DNA of 64,000 nucleotides from Longimicrobiales bacterium (GTDB lineage Bacteria > Gemmatimonadota > Gemmatimonadetes > Longimicrobiales > Gaopeijiaceae): assembly GCA_965219445.1 (NCBI GenBank), contig CBDCNQ010000003.1, forward strand, positions 352,001-416,000. Direction: 5' to 3'. The notes beneath the pieces were generated by a model that was given only the letters and a program-made list of their open reading frames with translations, did no database searches and had not been told where the DNA came from. This document shows, piece after piece, positions 59,592 to 64,000 of this stretch; within the stretch, counting starts at the first letter, position 1; every line of letters begins with the position of its first letter. Made by a program: the position numbers and the translations under genes.

Positions 59592-60644
59592 TCACGCGGA
59601 AGCGTTCATCAATCCGGGAAAGGGCAGGCTAGGATCAGCTGAGGCGTCCAGTCCTGCGACCTCTCCTCGCTCCAGCCGAAACGCACCTGCCCGAGCCACC
59701 ATCGCGCCGTTGTCCAGTGACAGCCGCGGGGACGCATGAAGGAGTAAGCCATCGGGTTCGAGTCGTCTTGCCAGAGCCTCGCGCAGCCTCCCGTTGGCGG
59801 ACACTCCACCTCCTAGAAGCACACGTGGGCAGTCCGTCTCTTTCACCGCACGCATCGTCTTCGCCGCCAAGACATCCGCCGCCGCCGCCTGGAATGACGC
59901 GGCAACGTTCTCCCTCTCCGGCTCGAGTGATCCGTCTGCCTCGATTTCACGAACAAGGGTTACGACGGCTGTCTTCAGCCCACTGAATGAGAAATCATAG
60001 AAATCGTCGTCGCCGGGATGCTGATTCCGTCGTAGCATCGGTCGGGGAAACTGGTAGCGCGCGTCATCACCCCGTGATGCCGCCTCTTCGATGGCCGGAC
60101 CGCCCGGGTACGGCATTCCGAGAAGCCTCGCGACCTTGTCGAAGGCCTCACCCGCGGCGTCATCGCGCGTCTGCCCCAACAACTGATAAGTGCCCCACTC
60201 CGGAACGTAGAGGAGGAGCGTATGGCCACCCGAGACCAGCAACCCCACGAACGGCGGGATCGCTCGGGGGTCTTCGAGCGACGGGGCGAAGAGATGGGCT
60301 TCCATGTGATGGACGGTCACGAGTGGCTTCCCGAGACCGAAAGCAGCGGCCTTTGCCCAGCAAACACCCACCAAGAGCGCCCCGATGAGGCCCGGTCCCG
60401 CTGTGACCGCCAGAGCGTCGACATCGCTCAGCACGCAACCTGCCTCGGCCAACGCCCGATCGACCACCTCGTCGATACGCTGGACGTGGGCACGCGCCGC
60501 GATCTCCGGAACGACACCCCCATACAGGATATGCTCGTCCTGGGAGTAGATCACATGGCCATTGAGCGTGTCTGGAGCCTTCAAGAGCGCTGCGGAGGTT
60601 TCGTCACAACTCGTCTCGAGGCCCAGAATGAGCGGACCGCTCAC
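59592..60644 (-). CDS. tsaD: tRNA N6-adenosine threonylcarbamoyltransferase
   Basis: LGLETSCDETS, GGVVPEIAARAH, HHMEAH, VSGGHT, DDAAGEAFDK, DNGAM. Confidence 0.97.
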   Translation of the reverse strand: MSGPLILGLETSCDETSAALLKAPDTLNGHVIYSQDEHILYGGVVPEIAARAHVQRIDEVVDRALAEAGCVLSDVDALAVTAGPGLIGALLVGVCWAKAAAFGLGKPLVTVHHMEAHLFAPSLEDPRAIPPFVGLLVSGGHTLLLYVPEWGTYQLLGQTRDDAAGEAFDKVARLLGMPYPGGPAIEEAASRGDDARYQFPRPMLRRNQHPGDDDFYDFSFSGLKTAVVTLVREIEADGSLEPERENVAASFQAAAADVLAAKTMRAVKETDCPRVLLGGGVSANGRLREALARRLEPDGLLLHASPRLSLDNGAMVARAGAFRLERGEVAGLDASADPSLPFPGLMNASA

Positions 60645-61645
60645 AGCTCGAGCCGCCTACGAACGGCGACCGTATCGGTTCCCGGCACCACGGAAACATA
60701 CGAGGGGGCGCCCTCCACAACGATCGGAACCCGGCGCTCTTCAACCACTCCCAGGTCCCCAAGAGCATAGGCCGGTACGACCGCCCTCAAGAACTCCGCC
60801 TCCATCCCCGACACGCGGCTGCGCGCACCCGTCACCAATACCTGAACGGCCTCAGGGAACACCTCGATCCGTCCACCTCCCAGAACCGGAGCCACCATGA
60901 CCGGGACTCCTTCTATCACACGCTCGATGGACTCCTCCGCGGGAATTCCCAGTCTGAGGACGTAGGGTGCAAAAGTCGCTCCGCCCATACCCGTCGTATC
61001 CACAACGGTCTCCACCGTCGTCTGCTCGCCCACATCGTTCAGGGCCACAGGAACGATGTCTAACGTATCGAGCGACTCCACGAGGCTCGCGGGTCCGCTC
61101 ACCCGAACACGGTTAGGCGTCAACGAAAGTGCACGGGTCAGAGCCAGGTCCTCCGGTAGTTCTCCACGCGTGCTGACGCGAACCGGAATAGTCCTTGTGG
61201 TCAGCCGTTCCAGGTGAACGTTGATCGCACTGGGAACGATGTCCTCCACTAGCACTCCCCGGTATCCATCCACCGGCACCCACCCCGGCTGGAGCGGAAT
61301 CACCATCTCCTCGTCCGACACGTCCGTGATGGGCACGGCCACCGACAGGCCGTCGAATCCACTGAGACGAAACATCTCGGTTGGAGGGCCACGGAAGCGG
61401 ACGAGCACCTCCCCCGGAACCGGGTCGCCCAGCACGATCCAGCCTGGGTCGTCCAGCCGGAGATTGACCGGAAGGAGTAGATCACGCTGGCTAGGGGCTC
61501 CAACGCGGACCAGAACCCAGAGGAACAGAGCCAAACCAAAGGCCGCCGCCTTGAGACGGCCGTTGCGGGCCAAGGTGCCCCAAAAAGGCCGGCCGGGCAT
61601 GCCTACCCCGTCTTGCGGATGGGATCTGGAATCACTTGGGAGCAA
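60641..61645 (-). CDS. YbbR/CdaR-like protein
   Basis: N-terminal KAAAFGLALFLW TM plus three YbbR-like repeats (VRFRGP, VRVSGP, VLVTGA). Confidence 0.75.
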   Translation of the reverse strand: MLPSDSRSHPQDGVGMPGRPFWGTLARNGRLKAAAFGLALFLWVLVRVGAPSQRDLLLPVNLRLDDPGWIVLGDPVPGEVLVRFRGPPTEMFRLSGFDGLSVAVPITDVSDEEMVIPLQPGWVPVDGYRGVLVEDIVPSAINVHLERLTTRTIPVRVSTRGELPEDLALTRALSLTPNRVRVSGPASLVESLDTLDIVPVALNDVGEQTTVETVVDTTGMGGATFAPYVLRLGIPAEESIERVIEGVPVMVAPVLGGGRIEVFPEAVQVLVTGARSRVSGMEAEFLRAVVPAYALGDLGVVEERRVPIVVEGAPSYVSVVPGTDTVAVRRRLEL

Positions 61646-62213
61646 CCAGTAGACGCTGGATCAGCTCCTTGTGCTGGGGCGCGTCCCACTCGGTCCCGCC
61701 CGCCACCTTCTTGTAGATGATTCCGTCCCTACCGATGAGAAAGGTCTCCGGCACACCCGTAGTGCGATACAACTGTTGGATCTCCCCTGAGGGATCGTGC
61801 AATAGCGGAAAGGTCAGTCCGAGCGAGTCGCCGAACGCCTGAATATCGCCGCCGGGGTTCCCAGACAGATCGAAATTCCCCAAATCGGCATCGATGCTGA
61901 CCGCCATGATCTCGAACCCGTCCTCCGCAATTTCTTGATAGAGACGCTCCATGGAGGGCATTTCAACCCGGCAGGGGAGGCACCACGTCGCCCAGATGTT
62001 CAACAGGACGACCTCTCCCTCGCGGTCGCTGAGGCGAGCGAGACCACCCTCGAGATCGTTAACCTCGAATTCCGGAGCGACGGTCCCGGCGGTCACCGGC
62101 TGAACACGATCCTGGTTCAGCCAGGCGATGACGATCAGCAGAACGACCCCAACCAACGCGTACGCGTAGGGCCGATTCGGAGATCCGGTGTTCGGTGTCG
62201 GTTCAACCGCCAT
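61632..62213 (-). CDS. TlpA/ResA-family thiol-disulfide oxidoreductase
   Basis: TM anchor, NIWATWCLPCRVEMP, GVPETFLI. Confidence 0.92.
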   Translation of the reverse strand: MAVEPTPNTGSPNRPYAYALVGVVLLIVIAWLNQDRVQPVTAGTVAPEFEVNDLEGGLARLSDREGEVVLLNIWATWCLPCRVEMPSMERLYQEIAEDGFEIMAVSIDADLGNFDLSGNPGGDIQAFGDSLGLTFPLLHDPSGEIQQLYRTTGVPETFLIGRDGIIYKKVAGGTEWDAPQHKELIQRLLVAPK

Positions 62214-62313
62214 GTGTCAAAGACCCTGGTAAGAGCTAGAGCGCGACCCGCAGTGCTTCTTCGGCAGCCTTCGAGGGTCAGACTTCAATTTAATGCCCGC
62301 ACCCGGAAATCAG

Positions 62314-63153
62314 CTAGTTTCTACCGCCACCGCGGCCCGAGGATCGCCTCCCGACGACCAACCTCACACCACTACCAGGGCCCACGAGGCTGTCCGGCGG
62401 CGGAAACTGCTCAACGACTCGGCCCTGATCCCGCCCGAACCGGAACCGATACTCGATCTCCGTAAGCTCGAAACCGAGGGAGTCGAGGAGGATTTCAGCA
62501 TTCGCCTGTTCGATCCCGAGAAGAAGCGGCATGGGGACCAACGGAGGACCGGTGCTGACTAGGACTATGACCTCCATAGGAAGATCCACTTCCGTGCCGG
62601 CCTCAGGAAGGACCTCCACCACCTGGCCCGCGGGGAGTTCAGCCAAGAGCGTGTCCACGATGACGATGAAGCCACTCGCTTCGAGAACTGTCCTAGCCGA
62701 GTTCAATCCGAGCCGCACCACATCCGGCACTGGCCTCCGCACCGGACCGAGGCTCACAGTCAGAGCAACCGTGTTCGTCGCCGTAGAAAGCTGCCCCGCA
62801 AGGGGGGTCTGACCCAACACTTCGCCCCTCAACACCGTGGGGTGCCGAAACGAATCCGTCACTGCAACGGCAGCCCCCGCCCTCTCAATCATGTCCATCG
62901 CCACCCAGCGGTCGAGTCCTCGGACATCGGGGACCTCGAAGAGATCTCCCGGCGGCGGCGGCATCGGGAAGAGTAGACGGGTGCTCACGACGTAGCCGAG
63001 CACCAAGCCGAGGACCAGAATGGGGGCCGCGACGAAACCAACATCTCTGGAGACCTTGATCTTGCCAAGATGAATCCACTTCTTGGTCTCCGGCCACTGG
63101 AAGCGTCCGTCACTGCGGAATCGGCGCCGCCGGATCGAGCTTCCCAGTCTCAT
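62314..63153 (-). CDS. PASTA-domain membrane protein (three PASTA repeats)
   Basis: TM then VPDVRGL, VPDVVRL, MPLLLGI repeats. Confidence 0.88.
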   Translation of the reverse strand: MRLGSSIRRRRFRSDGRFQWPETKKWIHLGKIKVSRDVGFVAAPILVLGLVLGYVVSTRLLFPMPPPPGDLFEVPDVRGLDRWVAMDMIERAGAAVAVTDSFRHPTVLRGEVLGQTPLAGQLSTATNTVALTVSLGPVRRPVPDVVRLGLNSARTVLEASGFIVIVDTLLAELPAGQVVEVLPEAGTEVDLPMEVIVLVSTGPPLVPMPLLLGIEQANAEILLDSLGFELTEIEYRFRFGRDQGRVVEQFPPPDSLVGPGSGVRLVVGRRSSGRGGGRN

Positions 63154-63192
63154 ACAGACGTCTCTCGCCTCGTTTCTGGCATGTCCACTCCG

Positions 63193-64000
63193 TTACAGCT
63201 TCCTCAGGCGGGCAGCGAACGCTCCGTCGAAGCCGAATGCCTGAGGGATAACATAGAGGCATCCCCGATCGTTCAAGAACTTTCCGCTCACGCCTCCGCC
63301 CGGATCCATCTCGAATTCCGGCCAGCGAGTCAGGAACGCTCCGATCTGTTCCTCGTTTTCTTCAGGCTCAAGGCTGCATGTTGCGTACACCAACATACCT
63401 CCACTTGGTACCACTTTCGCGCAAGCGTCCAGGATACGGCTTTGCAGGACCGCCATCTCATTCAGCCGATCCGGCGTGAGCCTCCAGCGTATGTCCGGAT
63501 TGCGTCTCAGCGTCCCCGTCCCCGTGCAGGGAACGTCCAATAACACGATGTCGGGCCCGCTGACCGGGGGTGCGAGCGCATCCGCCTGCACCGCACTTAC
63601 TCGAACACCCTGTCCGCTCTGTTCTCTCACTCTGTTTACGTTCTCCCGAACCAGGCCCAACCGCTCGATCGACCGATCCGCCGCTATGACCACATTGCCT
63701 CGCGCCGCGAGCGCCAGCGTCTTGCCGCCAGGCGCCGCGCAAAGGTCTGCGATGCGGGCATCCGGACTAGGATCGGCATAGGAGACCACCAAGGCAGCGG
63801 CGGGGTCCTGTACTATCGCCGGAACCACCGTCATCGCCTCTTCCAGGAACGCATGCCCAGGAATCACTACACATCCCGTGCCAGAACCGACGGCGGCGGC
63901 CGTAATCTGTTCGGCTTCCAGCGCCTCCACAGCCTCCGACGCCGAGTCCCAGAGGCACCGAAGGGATAGGCGAGGTAGGCTGTTGTTCGCCTCGACCAGC
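63193..64000 (-). CDS. rsmB: 16S rRNA m5C967 methyltransferase RsmB/Sun, C-terminal part (start outside window)
   Basis: VQD, DLCAAPGGKT, LDVPCTGTG, YATCSLEPEENE; frame open to the window edge. Confidence 0.93.
   Translation of the reverse strand, partial: LVEANNSLPRLSLRCLWDSASEAVEALEAEQITAAAVGSGTGCVVIPGHAFLEEAMTVVPAIVQDPAAALVVSYADPSPDARIADLCAAPGGKTLALAARGNVVIAADRSIERLGLVRENVNRVREQSGQGVRVSAVQADALAPPVSGPDIVLLDVPCTGTGTLRRNPDIRWRLTPDRLNEMAVLQSRILDACAKVVPSGGMLVYATCSLEPEENEEQIGAFLTRWPEFEMDPGGGVSGKFLNDRGCLYVIPQAFGFDGAFAARLRKL

Noticed and set aside
60641..61645. c-di-AMP signalling module
   Set aside because: Only a YbbR-like gene is present; no diadenylate cyclase in the window.

Overview
GC-rich bacterial chromosome segment. 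The gene content (rpsP-rimM-trmD-rplS-rnhB, tamAB-like pair, PASTA/rsmB, GH3/NamZ cluster) suggests a diderm such as Gemmatimonadota; this is inference only. From about 18.1 kb to 64 kb it is ordinary core genome: translation, purine and DAP/lysine biosynthesis, a peptidoglycan-salvage cluster, pspA, uvrA, tamAB, lgt, tsaD and rsmB. The first ~13.5 kb is an accessory region anchored on a minus-strand tRNA-Lys(UUU) at 13402-13474. Downstream of the tRNA is an integron-like array. A conserved 70-95 bp non-coding element carrying two 12-bp-phased TTGGGGTACC boxes occurs four times (plus one degenerate copy). Each copy precedes a different co-oriented cargo: a low-GC lipoprotein gene bounded by a 42-bp duplication of the tRNA 3' half, a frameshifted NhaD antiporter, an apparent ex-integron cassette with a truncated attC, and a tyrosine-integrase C-terminal remnant. 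A complete class C group II intron sits behind the terminator of the duplicated tRNA end. On the other side of the tRNA are two tandem paralogous LamG-PKD lipoprotein transcription units with shared promoter and operator architecture and poly-Asp tails.
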